A DNA stretch of 63,790 nucleotides, the filler included, from Octopus bimaculoides (taxonomy: Eukaryota), in assembly GCF_001194135.2 (NCBI RefSeq). It is 6 parts of 6 records of this genome, joined end to end, with 100 filler letters (N's around TTAATTAATTAA, not from the genome) between each part and the next. Parts side by side here need not be neighbours in the genome. Positions count along the whole stretch, not along the records: positions 1 to 14,011 come from NC_068981.1; positions 14,112 to 32,099 come from NC_068984.1; 4 more parts are not named here. The stretch is one strand, 5' to 3'. The notes under the pieces were generated by a model, which worked only from the letters and a program-made list of their open reading frames with translations, did not search any database and was not told the DNA's origin. Shown in pieces: positions 12,670 through 25,130 of the stretch (the first letter of the stretch is position 1; each line of letters begins with the position of its first letter). Both the position numbers and the translations under genes were made by a program.

Positions 12670-14031
12670 GGCAGGGTTCCGGTTACTGGAGACTAAACGC
12701 GTCTTTCCCGTCGAGACAGGTTTTCATAGACCGGATTAGCACGCTAGTAAAGAGGGTTTTGACGGGAGCCATCATCAACAACAAATGGTAGTTTGCCCTC
12801 AAGAGAGCAATAAAAGCAGAAGCGATTAGGTATAGCAAAGCACAATCCATAGATAGAAACAGAGTGGAGGGTGTCTTAGTTAAGAAGCTAGAAGAAGCGA
12901 TTAGAAGTGGCATCGCATCCGACGTTCCATTCGGTCTCTAGTGGATGAATGGGGGCGCGAAATACTCGAGCCAAGTAAAATGTATGAGGCCTTTCAACAG
13001 CATTTTGCCCGACTGTTCGGGACGAGTGGCGAGCGAGAACGCAGGGTGGACTTCAGTACCTACCTGCACAGCCTGCCACGACTCTCGACAAGAAAGGTAG
13101 AGTGCTGCAAAGGTGCCATCACGGCGGCTGAAGTGAGGGACGCGATGACAGGATGCTCGAGAGACAAATTGCCGGGTTTGGATGGTCTACCATACGAACT
13201 TTACAATTGTATGCCAGACTTGTTTGGAGACGTCTTGGCAGCAGTGTACTGCAACTGGCAGCAAAACGGGAGCTTTGTGAGCCGAGGAGCCGTAACGCTG
13301 CTGAAGAAAAATCCAAACAAGTGGGACATAACAGATAACTTTAGGCTCATCACTCTGCTAAATGCAGACTTGAAAATTTTGGCCAAGGTGTTAGCCAAGA
13401 GGTTGGCGGTTGCCATCGAGAAACTGCTCGACAAGGTGCAAACGTGCGCCGTGCCGTGCCGGAGCATTCATGACAACCTCCATCTGATGCACTACATCAT
13501 AGACAGTATAATTAAGGAACCTGGTACGCGTGGGGCCCTGATCAATTTGGATCAATCCAAAGCTTTCGATAGGGTAGACCATCGATACTTGGAGGTTGTC
13601 CTCATAGCAGCTGGTTTCTGTCCCGTTTTCCATGGCTGGATGGCTGCTTTATACAGAGGCATCCGTTCGGTAATTCGCGTAAATGGATATCAATCGAGAC
13701 ATTTCGAAATTGCATATTCGGTCCGTCAGGGATGTCCCCTCTCGTCGCTTCTATACGTATTGACTCTCGAGCCACTACTGCGGAAGCTGGCGATGCTGAG
13801 GGGCATCGCCCGAGAATTGGGATGCGGGACGAGCGTGTCTGCATACGCGGACGACGTCACCGTTATAGTGTCTAGCCAGAAACACATCGAGCTGGTCGGC
13901 GAGACACTGAAAGACTACGAAGCGGTAACAGGAGCGAAGATCAACTGGGAAAAGTCAGTGGGCTTGCGGCTCGGCACATGGAGAATCAAGCCCATGCCGT
14001 CCACCAGCGCCNNNNNNNNNNNNNNNNNNNN
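12669..14031 (+). mobile_element. L1/Tx1-clade non-LTR retrotransposon, 5'-truncated; end of APE domain plus reverse transcriptase, running into an assembly gap
   Basis: GSGYWRLNAS (end of APE region, about 12675); ORF 12941-14031 with LPGLDGLPYELY, FRLITLLNADLKILAKVLAKRL, LDQSKAFDRVDH, SVRQGCPLSSLLYVLTLEPLL, YADDV and GAKINWEKS. Much higher GC than the flanks. Confidence 0.92.
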
Positions 14032-14055
14032 NNNNNNNNNNNNNNNNNNNNNNNN

Positions 14056-14067
14056 TTAATTAATTAA
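14056..14067. other. Assembly spacer TTAATTAATTAA inside an N gap (also at 32144, 41572, 55730, 61552)
   Basis: Identical 12-mer with stops in all six frames, always embedded in N runs. Confidence 0.9.
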
Positions 14068-14111
14068 NNNNNNNNNNNNNNNNNNNNNNNNNNNNNNNNN
14101 NNNNNNNNNNN

Positions 14112-14143
<32 letters not shown>

Positions 14144-15489
14144 ACAAAGAATATATGTGTGTGTGTATGAATAAACAGAGACTATACATATGCATAGTTA
14201 TGTTTCACATTTCCCAATATATAACAATATACTTCCTATAATACAAGCCACGAGATATGCTTAATTGTTATCAAGTTTTCAAGCTCCGATTGCACAGTCT
14301 AAAGAATTGACTGATAAACGTGTATCTATAAAAATAAAACTGCATTAAGACGAAACGAAATTTAATCCCAAAGGAAATGCTTGCTTCCTCCTGGAAGGTT
14401 TTTATATAATGCAATGTACATACAGATATACAAACATATATACGTACGTACATACATACATACATACAAACAAATATATACATATATANNNNNNNNNNNN
14501 NNNNNNNNNNNNNNNNNNNNNNNNNNNNNNNNNNNNNNNNNNNNNNNNNNNNNNNNNNNNNNNNNNNNNNNNNNNNNNNNNNNNNNNNNNNNNNNNNNNN
14601 NNNNNNNNNNNNNNNNNNNNNNNNNNNNNNNNNNNNNNNNNNNNNNNNNNNNNNNNNNNNNNNNNNNNNNNNNNNNNNNNNNNNNNNNNNNNNNNNNNNN
14701 NNNNNNNNNNNNNNNNNNNNNNNNNNNNNNNNNNNNNNNNNNNNNNNNNNNNNNNNNNNNNNNNNNNNNNNNNNNNNNNNNNNNNNNNNNNNNNNNNNNN
14801 NNNNNNNNNNNNNNNNNNNNNNNNNNNNNNNNNNNNNNNNNNNNNNNNNNNNNNNNNNNNNNNNNNNNNNNNNNNNNNNNNNNNNNNNNNNNNNNNNNNN
14901 NNNNNNNNNNNNNNNNNNNNNNNNNNNNNNNNNNNNNNNNNNNNNNNNNNNNNNNNNNNNNNNNNNNNNNNNNNNNNNNNNNNNNNNNNNNNNNNNNNNN
15001 NNNNNNNNNNNNNNNNNNNNNNNNNNNNNNNNNNNNNNNNNNNNNNNNNNNNNNNNNNNNNNNNNNNNNNNNNNNNNNNNNNNNNNNNNNNNNNNNNNNN
15101 NNNNNNNNNNNNNNNNNNNNNNNNNNNNATATATATATATATATAAATATATATTCATATATTATTTATTTACATGGCACAATATATGTATTAAAGCCAC
15201 TACTAATAGTTTCATATGTTGAAAAAACTCAAACATATGCTTCAGGCGCAAACCACATATAACGAACTAAAAAAACTGAATAATAGAAGAAACGCGAAAA
15301 AAGCTGAGAAGGCACCATATAGAAAACGCAGAAAGTAAACAACGGAAAACGAAAACACAAAAATTAAAATGTAAAAAAATAAAAAGTAAAAAGGTAAAAG
15401 AGCTATCCATCTTAGACCTTAAATTATAAGGCTGGAAAGATATCAAGTCAGTCAGGAATAGGCAGAATTTTCCAATTCTTCAAAATGTA

Positions 15490-16040
15490 TTTATATATAT
15501 GCATGCAATCACTGAAAATCTCTGATCTAGTATTCAATAGAGAGTTAGGAATCTCAGATCTGAGCAGGATTTGCGCTCTTTCAGCCAAACATCCATTCAC
15601 ATAAGGTATGGATTTCTCAGTTACTTTCCATCTAGTCACATGCGGTGTTTCGTTATCTTTCAAAGTTCATACGTAGCTAGCCAACTTAGTAGCTTTACTT
15701 TTGTCCCTATGTTGGAAGGAGGCTATTGCGATCGGCATAGCGATTTTTAAATTCACCTTCACATATTCCAATATATATCTTCTTATCAGTTGTATTATTA
15801 TTTAGGGTTGCAGTAACTTCTGCCTTATATATGATAGATTTAATCATACATCGTTGGTCAAGTGGACAGGATCCTGGATCGCGACAGTTGCAACTGGATT
15901 CAGGCTCTTGGTATTGACCACGTGTAATGATACTCTTCATATTGGGGCTGCAGCTATATGATAATTTCACAGAACGCCTATTAAATATTTTCCCGTATCT
16001 GTGAGTTGCTGGAAAGTGTTTGTCTCCAACAATTTACTTC
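15490..16040 (-). mobile_element. Penelope-like element (PLE) remnant: C-terminal Cys-rich linker and GIY-YIG endonuclease
   Basis: KHFPATHRYGKIFNRRSVKLSYSCSPNMKSII, CNCRDPGSCPLDQRC, SIIYKAEV...KKIYIGICEGEFKNRY, then RWKVTEKSIPY...LLNTRSEIFSDCMH, with frame breaks. Confidence 0.85.
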
Positions 16041-16455
16041 CTTCCGGTCAGTTGAACATGTGCAATCGTTAACCTAGGCATCGGTTTGGCTCCATATTTT
16101 CTCTCTCCATCTGTTTTTCTCTCCTCATTCCTTTCTGTAGAAACGTCACATACATCTTCCACTTTTCCTGGGCGTTAAATAATTAATACACCGAGTTTTT
16201 CGATCCCTCGCCTGTCTCTGTCATTTGTTTTTTGTTGTTATTGCATTATTTTGAACCACATATATATTTTTTTCAGACGATTCAGGTCCCTGCTAGTGTA
16301 TATGTTTTCTTTCATATGCGTTAACTACAGAATTAGAGCCTTTTAGCCCTTATTTCTATCAATGTAGGTGTTTCTTAACACCCTAGACACATTTAGTGAC
16401 AATTATAATTCTCCTTTTTGGAGAAACATTGCAACCTGCTGTTTATATTAATTTT

Positions 16456-16532
16456 ACACACAGACACAGACACACACACAGAGACACACAGAGACACACA
16501 GACACAGACACAGACACACAGACACAGACACA

Positions 16533-16610
<78 letters not shown>
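16456..16610. repeat. (CA)n/(CAGA)n microsatellite
   Basis: Directly visible. Confidence 0.95.
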
Positions 16611-16615
<5 letters not shown>

Positions 16616-19600
16616 GCCAGGCAAGCTATGTAGAGCTGATGTCAGCTCTGGAGTTACTGATTGGATTATGAGCAAGCGTTATAATATATGCTGCTACTTT
16701 GATATTTCTCACGTCCTACTGTGATTCAATATCAATTATAGATATTTCATTTCATATTATATGCATTACTTTCTCGCTTCATATATGTTTAGCCATTCTT
16801 CTCTTTGATATTTCTACCGCCATTAAATATCTCTGATGTTCCACTCTTTTGATTATAGGGGTTGCTTATTTTCTCCTTTTAAAGCATTTCTACAAATACA
16901 CAAACATTCATAGATGCAGATCATAAGTTTCGCCCACTAGTAGCTAGTTGTATCTTTGGGGAAGAATCTTCCAAGTCTTGCGTTAATTTCGAACACAGTT
17001 ATGATGTTATATAGGTTGCATATTCTCTGATTCTTTTTCCGACAAATATTTGCAATAAAGTAAATAAATCTGTGTTTGATACAAACTTTGAATGCAACAT
17101 TTATGAAGACCTAGGCATTGGACTCCGTATTAGGATACAATAAGTTCCTGAAAAGACAATATGTCAGAAGAAAGAGGAAAGAGGAAAACTATACTATACA
17201 TCTCCATTGTTAAAGTTACATCTACCATAGTTTTAGTATGTAAGACACCGACATTCGCTTTTGACCAATTTAAATTTTCATTGTTAAAATAGTTGTCAAT
17301 TTTCATAAATATCATTTACAGAGAAGGAACTTCGCTGATGATATCCTAACAAAATTCTGTAAATGCCTTCACTTGGTTCAATGTCGCTGATGAGGCCATA
17401 ATATGTCTGAACTACGTCGTGATATGACTTCCAAACTTGCCAATACAATCAAAGTAGTATTAGATTTGAATCATACTTGATTTTTTCCTCGCCACGAAGT
17501 TATTCATAATCAGTCTGGTTTTTTTTTTGCTTCAAATATGTTATCATTCACTTAAATATAATTTTTCGTGAGGATCATGTTTCTTAGTAATTTATTCTCT
17601 AAACAATTCTATTTTCCTACACCAACCAGTGTACACTTTTGTACAATTACTTAGTAGTTATCTCCTTTGTACTTCAGGAAGTACAGTGAAAATTATTCTT
17701 CACTGATGAGCTATTAATGAAACGGATACCTTCCCGAAGTTGTCTCCCCTATTACCCAAATTAATTAAAAATAACAATAATTTTTTTTACTTTTAAAAAA
17801 TGTTTTCCTTACAATTACTTCTATTTAATTCTTCCTTCTGTAAATATGTCAAAACAAACTTAACTATAAGGAAAACAATGTGTGAACTGAAGAATCGGTG
17901 CAGAATGCGCTACAGTTGTCTGCTATCATCAATCTGTTTCCTTACTTAGATACTATAGCTTCAATGAAAGAGTTTTTCAAAGAATTGGTAACATCAAAAT
18001 TAAGGGGTGAGTTTGAAATCTTTAGAAACTAAATATCAATAAAGACTAGAACAACAGCGCTAGATCTAAGTCTCCTCTTAAAGCTTGTTATCAGTTTTAG
18101 AGATCCAATATGCGGCGGTTTCTGATTGACATATTTTCGTCTTTCATGAGCAGACCTTCATATAGGGAAATATGCAGCACAATTCACGGGACTAATTATG
18201 TTATGCAAAATGATTAACCTTGAGGTAGTAGCCTTATTTTGAATGACTCAAAAACACGAGACATCATCAGTTTTGAAATACGTGAAACTGTTGGCCAAAG
18301 CTCCATTTCTTATACGCCGAAAGCATTTCTTAAAACGAGTACCAGCAACAACGGAAGATCCAACCGTGCATCCCTCGTATACCATACCTTCCGTGCGATG
18401 AAACTATGAATGTGGCAGTATTTCATTGACGCAGTCACCCATGATACCCCAGCTATAACAAGCAATACAATGTCAGTCGTATGTTTGTGGTTTGAAGAAG
18501 CACTGAAGAGGAGTTATAGTGAATGGGCGGGGAGCTGCGCCGAACGACAAGCCTCGCTCTCTCGCTACTGTTTTTCTGGAATAGCAGTAAGATGGGTCCA
18601 GAAGACTGGAGGTATACCAAACATACAGTCGGATGACCAGATCTATTTACGTGTCTAACTGTTCATCGAGTTACGGGTCGTGCAGCGATGTTGCTGGATA
18701 TAGACTTTCTGCTCGTTTAAATTTAACCACCAGAAATCCAGTCCTTTGATGCCTTGTGTGGAAAACACTTAGCGGATTTCATTGAGAGTTTATAACTAGT
18801 CGGTCATATTCTTGTTTAGCCGAATTGTCACAGCCGATATCAGGAGATTGCACATTGCTACATGCAGACAGTTCGTAGAGCTACAGACGGGACCTGGATG
18901 CCTGATGGAAGCCATTGGAAGACTATATATTTCGGAAAGGACTTAGTACATCCCATCTCAAAACTACTGCTCCTCTCTGATACCTATATCTCCTACCTGA
19001 ATGCTTTAGTTCCATACTTTTCATATGAATATTAAGACTAGGTTATTTCCTGCCGCGTCTACCCCGCCACAAAACAAAGAGATTGTATCTCCTGCGTACC
19101 AGCTCATGGAGAAGAGATCCATAAGTTTGCTCGGTCAAAGTCAGGCAACTTGGACATCATTTCGTCCTCTTTCGACTATGCTGAATTGAAGCTCAAAATA
19201 TAGTTGAGGGAAAACATTTCCCTGTAGTTTTAACGAGAGACTTGATCTACAATCGTGCAGGATAATATAACACACTGTTACAGTTTGATTAAATCGTATT
19301 TGCGAATTATTAAACGCACTGCCACACACTTTTTGTCTTTGGCTTCCTTCCTTCCTTCCTTCCTCCGTCTTCTCTCTCATACTAATTAATAGTTATTTTA
19401 TTTTTTTAAATTGTAACGATCAGTATCAAAGTGTTTTCTCTACGCCTCTTTGACCTGTTAATCTGATCTCCACGCCGGCTTATCAGAGATCTTTGAACAG
19501 CGCAGATAAACTTTGATATCACTGACTAAAATATATAAATTAATAAGATTTAATACGTGAATAATTGTTTCCAATAATTAGCAAACACGTCTTCAAAAAA

Positions 19601-19667
19601 AACCTTATCCAACACACTGTCTCTCTCTATGTCTGTTCCTCTATATTTCATCTCTGTCACTGACTCT

Positions 19668-19769
19668 CTATGTATGTACGTATGTATGTATGTATGTATG
19701 TATGTATGTATGTATGTATGTATGTATGTATGTATGTATATGCGTGTATGTACGCACGTATGTATTATG

Positions 19770-19834
<65 letters not shown>

Positions 19835-20072
19835 GTACATATGTACGTACGTATGTATGTGTATGTATGTATATATGCATGTATGCATGCATGTATGAAT
19901 GTATGCATGCATGTATGTATTCATACATGTATGTATATATGTGTGTATGCATATATGTGCATGTTGCGCGTTTGTAAGTAACGTACTTACGCTCAATTAT
20001 GTAGGCATTGATAAATCACTTACAGTAAATCTGTTCCTCTCACTCTCTCTCTGTCTGTCTATGTATGTATGC

Positions 20073-20146
<74 letters not shown>
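19668..20146. repeat. (TATG)n/(TA)n compound microsatellite cluster
   Basis: Directly visible. Confidence 0.95.
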
Positions 20147-20149
<3 letters not shown>

Positions 20150-20189
20150 TATGGAGATAGGTACATATGTAAACGTATGTTTTTTCAGT

Positions 20190-20510
20190 GTATAGAGCCT
20201 ACACACAAACAAACACAATGCATATCGGTAAAGATAGATTTCGAGATCGATTCCCTGACCGGGCTGTGTGTTGTGTTTTGGGTAAGACACTTTATTTCAC
20301 ATTGTTCCAGTTCTCTCAGCTGTAGAAATGAATTGCTAAGCTGTATCGGTCTTTGCCTTTCCCTTGGATAACATCAGTAGTGTGGAGAGGGGAGGTAGGT
20401 ATGCATAGGTAACTGTTGGTCTTCCATAAACAATCTTACTCAGACTTGTGCCTCGGAGGGTAACTTTCTTGTTGCAATCCTATGATCATTCATGACCAAA
20501 GGGATTTCAG
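20190..20510 (+). mobile_element. SINE family D (second copy at 63017-63275)
   Basis: The block gtaagacactttatttcac.ttg..ccagtt..ctcagctgtagaaatga....aagctgtat.ggc..ttgcc...ttggataaca...ggagagggga.g..ggtatgcat.gg..actg.tggtcttccataaac is shared with 63017-63275. Confidence 0.75.
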
Positions 20511-20994
20511 TTATTTTTGTAGTTGGGACAATGTGTACTCCTCCTCACCAAATACACACAGAACTGCTCACATACCCCAATCAACCTTCAGTTATATATT
20601 CATTGCTTCCAACGTTCATGCCATATGGCCTGAAGAAACGAACACATGTACTATGATCTACTCGATGTGCATGGATACTACGGACTGTACTGTAATCATC
20701 TCAGGGATACGGACTATGATCGCAAGAAACATGTAATTTGTGGAAATGCGCGTAGCGATGCATTAAGATATTTATAAATTCCATCCATGCATTATTATTA
20801 TTACTATATTTATCCTATATTATATCGGCCCAGCTCGGTAGAACCTCATAAAACTGCTACTGTAAGTTGGTATCATTAGGCTGTAGCCAGCATAATAAAA
20901 TAGAAGCTTTTAGATGCATACTCAGAAACGTTGCTGTAAAAGAAACCTAAAGTGTGTGTGTATGTATATATTTTGGGGATAAACTGTAAAATGG

Positions 20995-21670
20995 CCATTA
21001 GTTATGTGAAGGTGCTCGAGATGAGTGGCAGTAGAAGTATAGAGTCAATGATTTTGCAAAGACGTTTGTGGTGGGGAGAAACATTTGGTAAGGATGAGTG
21101 ATGAGTGACTGCCCAAGCAACTATTGTTTGGTGAGCTGGAAGTTGGCAGGAGACCAGCACATAAGCCTAAACTAAGGTTAAAGGATTGTCTTAAAAATGC
21201 TCTAATACAGACAAGAATTGCAGTTGGTAATTGGGAGAGGGAGGCACAAGACCGCGATGGATGGAGGAAGATAGTGCATGATGGTTGTTCAAGAGGGAGA
21301 GAGTGAAGTATGAGAGAATTAGACGGGGGCTTAGAAGGGGGAACCTGTGTAAAGTTAGAGAATGTTGCTTTTTATGTGTGTGGTTTGTATGAGGAGGTGT
21401 TTGAGTCGTGCAGGCCTGGTGAGCCATGAAAAATCTCACAGAAATTGACCCATGATAAACAGTGATGTGGCTATTAAACTTCACAACAGAACGTGTATAA
21501 AATGTGGAAGGGTGTGCCTCTCAGCTGGAGGTTTAAAAAGACGTATTAAGAGAGTGCATATTATGGCACCTGTTTCTCCTGCCAGCCAGCAGAGTTGTCC
21601 AGTATGTAATAAAATGTGTAAAAGCTTGGCCGGGCTTAAAAGTCATATAAGGGCATCACATGGCAAATGA
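20995..21670 (+). mobile_element. RTE-clade LINE 3' fragment with C-terminal C2H2-like zinc fingers
   Basis: VLEMSGSRSIESMILQRRLWW, RMSD..LPKQLLFGELEVGRRPAHKPKLRLKDCLK, WEREAQDRDGWRKIV, then CIKCGRVCLSAGGLKRRIKRVH and CPVCNKMCKSLAGLKSHIRASH. Confidence 0.8.
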
Positions 21671-21743
21671 TTCATTTCAGTAAGTCTTCTTGGCAATAGC
21701 TTTTCTCGTGTTACGAGGCTGCAGCTATGATATACATATATAG

Positions 21744-21787
<44 letters not shown>

Positions 21788-22294
21788 ATATATATATATT
21801 TTCTTTTTTGTAGTTTCAGCTCAGAGCTGCGGCCATGCTGGGGCACCGATATATATATATATATACTTTTGTCTAACCTATCTGAGTGGGTTCAACTCAA
21901 AGCTGCAGCAAAGCAACTAACCTAGGAAATGAATAGAGAATTCTTATAGAAAACCCCGGGGTTATGTTGTTCATTGACTTTGTGGTAAATATTTGCATCA
22001 ACTTAATGCTTTCCCCATTTTCAAAAAGGGTTGCTGGTTTTACACCAGTCATCACTACTGAAAACAAATCATCTGTGTAGGCAGTGCAACAACACAAGCT
22101 GTTGGACACTCAGACGTCGAAGATGGTGGGAAAATCCATTAATATATGTATACTCTGGGTTTTTACTCAATTGTTCTCACATGGCATTGGTCAAACTGAA
22201 GCTATAGTAAAAGAATCTTGTTCAAAATACTACACAATGTGATTGAATCCAGAACCACGTGGTTGTGAAGAGAACGTCTGAACCGCATAGTCAC

Positions 22295-22626
22295 ATACTC
22301 GTCCATAGATTTTCTCTCCTTTCCTCTCCCAATTCCATCTGCCCACTTTTGCACAGTTGATAAAGCTGGAGCACCATCCCCTGATGTAGCAGCCATGTCA
22401 GTATGGATGTCCTTGGAGGATAGACTCTTTTCTGCAGGTACTTGATAACACCAGGATGCCAAATTTTGTCCATTTTCAAGAGAAGTCGCTAATAGTTACT
22501 TTTGATGTCTTCTTTGAACTGTTTATCCGGAAAGAAAGAAGAACTTAAATTAATGCATGCAGGATTTCACAGCTCTAACATCACTCCTTCATAGTCAGCC
22601 TATGAACTTTTCAACCCATGCACGTA
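22295..22626 (-). mobile_element. Mariner remnant (5' TIR plus transposase HTH)
   Basis: TIR-like TAcgtgcatgggttgaaaagttc at 22626 downwards. MDKIWHPGVIKYLQK / SKDIHTDMAATSGDGAPALSTVQKWA across a frameshift. Confidence 0.75.
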
Positions 22627-23925
22627 TAATATAACTTACCATTTCAAAGTGATCTAAATTAAAACTCTTCGCCAAAATTTGAAGTTAATTTATGCACTTT
22701 AACTCTAGTTAAATAATGACAAAGTTATTTAACTAACATCTTCGTGATTTTCAAAATTAATTGAAACTACATCAGTTTAAGTATAAAATGTCTAAATCCT
22801 AAAAACTTGTCAAATCATTATTTAAATATAGGTTATAATAACAAAAAAATGTAGTTAACGAAAGTGAATTGTAAGATTTTGACTTTCAGACTTTGATGCC
22901 TTTAGTTAGTTTTGCTTTTGTCTAAATGCAGCTCCCGCCGAATTATTTTTCAGCGGTTTATACTTTTGTTGACTTCAGAAAGACGCACAGCAGAATTTGA
23001 ATCCAGCAGGCTTTGAACTTAAAACGCAAAGCAACATAAGTGGATACTGCGTACTCTGGTACTTCAGAGTAGTCATTCGTCACTGCGGAAGTACAGTACC
23101 GAATACAAAATATACCAGAAATACATTTGACTGTCTGGCTATAAACGTTATTAATCATTTGAGAATATGACGCACAAAAATTAATGTTTATTGAAATCAT
23201 TGTTGTTATTCAAAGGAAATATTAATATTGGTAAGAAGTTTAGCTAGAAACAATATTTATTGAAACGATATTTCACTGGATGTTTGGAATCAATACAGTT
23301 GAATAGACTTCTATTTTCTGCGTTGGTGATACACGAATAGTATGAAACATTAAAATATTTTTTTCCTAGTAGCCAACTCTTGTCAGAAATATACAACGAA
23401 TTGTGCTAAAGCTACTGTATTTTCAATCTTTCCAAAAAAAATGCTTCTCGTCTTGCAGACAGTAATCCCGTATTGCCAAACCTCTTGTCGTTTGGATGGT
23501 ATGAGAAATTATGAAAAGATTTGATGTAGACATAAATTAATAATAACGTGACTGATGCAAAGAAAATTTTATCATGGATACGTCAAACATTTCTATTTCA
23601 TGTAAGATATTCATTCATTTTCTAATGACAACATTATGAAGTGATAAGGCATATAACACATACATAGTGTTCATACGCAAATAGTATAATAATATTTAAA
23701 AACTACATATGATAACAGAATGAATCTTCTAGCGAGAAAAACATGGCGTGCAATATGGATACCCATTTGTTCATTTGTTGAAATTTCTCTTTGTTTTTAC
23801 AACTTCAGCTAGTATTAAGGTACACAAGTACCTCTCAACTTGTCATTGCTTCTTTTTTTGTTAAAAAAGCCCGCCGGCAATATCTGAAAATTCATGAAGA
23901 CTCGGTTAGTCTCAGAGTACAATAC

Positions 23926-24076
23926 TAATTTCTTTTCTTCGCCCTTTCAAAGCCTATCCAGGCTCATGGGCTCTGTTTCCCGGTTTCTATGGCGTATGTG
24001 TTCCCCCCAGCTGGACGGGACGCCAGTCCGACTGCGAGTCCGCTTCCCTAACCACTGGGCCATTGCGCCTCCACAC
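23926..24076 (-). mobile_element. tRNA-derived SINE, family A, internally deleted
   Basis: Head (gtgtggaggcgcaatggcccagtggttaggg) joined directly to the tail (gactggcgtcccgtccagctggggg...ctttgaaagggc). Confidence 0.8.
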
Positions 24077-24139
24077 AATACTAATAATAACACAATAATC
24101 ATCAATAATAATATAATAATACTAACAATAATACAATAA

Positions 24140-24355
24140 TTCTTTATAATTTTGGTACAAGGTCAGCAATTTTGAGGTGAGCGGAAATCGATTACATTGA
24201 CTCCAGTGCTCAACTCGTACTTATTTTATCGTCCTCCAAAAGGTGGAAGGCTAAGTCAACCTCGGCGGAATTTGGACTCAGTACATAAAGAGCCGGAAGA
24301 AATGCTGCTTAGGATCTTGACATGCGTGGTAACGATTCTATCAGCTCAACGCTAA
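24140..24355 (+). mobile_element. Family C retroposon copy
   Basis: ttttggtacaaggtcagcaatttt..cgattacattgactccagtgctcaactcgtacttattttatcg..aacctcggcggaatttggactcag. Further copies at about 11690-11820 (+), 38645-38830 (+), 42060-42180 (-) and 61610-61700 (-). Confidence 0.75.
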
Positions 24356-24749
24356 CAACAATTAAATATTACTAAATATAATACAAGTGGGACACGCAGA
24401 AATCCCACATTTTATAAATGCCTTTATTTCTATTTATCCCTGTGGATTAATCATCATGTCATTACTTTATTGTGTGCAAAGCTGTCAGGGTTTCGGGTCT
24501 TATGGATTTTTCCCGGCTATTTCACGTCCTGAGTTCAAATCTTATTGAGCTCAACTTTGCATCTCATCTTTATGGATAGGACGAAATAAAGAACCAATCT
24601 CGTTTTAGGGTAGATTTAATCAACTAACCTCTATTTCCGAAATTTCTAGTCTTGACTCTATCTTTAAAAAATTATTAAATCAAAGATTTCGCTTTTGTCA
24701 TCTCGTTGTGTTTTGAGTTAAATGTCATAGAAGGAAAAATATTCGAACT

Positions 24750-25130
24750 TATTCATGGCTGTATGGTTCAGAAGTTCGCTTCGCAACCACGTCGGTTTGG
24801 GTTCAGTCCGGCTCATTGGGCAAGCGTCTTTTACTATAGACCTGGACCGGCAATGCCTTGTGAAGGAACTTGGTTGACGGAAACTGTATGGGAGCCCATC
24901 GTGTATGCGTGTCGTGTCTTTGTTGTTATCACACCGCCTGACAATCAGCGTTGGTTTGTTTATGTCCCTGTAACCTAGCGCTTCGGCAAAAGATAACGAT
25001 AGAACAAGTACTCTATTAAAAGAAAAGTATGAGTACTAGGGTCGGTTTGTTTGACAAAACCCTTCAAGGTGGGTCCCCGCATTGCTGCCATTCAATGACT
25101 GAAACAAGTACAAAGATAAAAAAAAGAATA
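24750..25130 (+). mobile_element. SINE family B, diverged
   Basis: Shares head, gggcaagcgtcttttactatag, cttcggcaaaag and aatgactgaaacaagta blocks with the other copies. Confidence 0.7.

Noticed and set aside
17101-17147. Minus-strand acceptor followed by (G)TYCILIRSPMPRSS* as a possible TM7 exon of the receptor
   Set aside because: Strong polypyrimidine tract and a TY, but the phase is not 0, the QF of TYhhhhhQF is missing and the segment is too short and polar for TM7.
17380-17725. Hammerhead-like CTGATGAG motifs at about 17387 and 17703 (also minus strand at about 29400 and 58165)
   Set aside because: They lack a paired stem II followed by an intact GAAA and NUH/stem I; at best heavily decayed.
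18000-19150. Possible very old LINE RT remnants (LNDSKT, GGIPN); similar traces at 26480-27050, 28050-28550 and 53280-53420
   Set aside because: Motifs are too short and decayed to assign boundaries or clade without a profile search.
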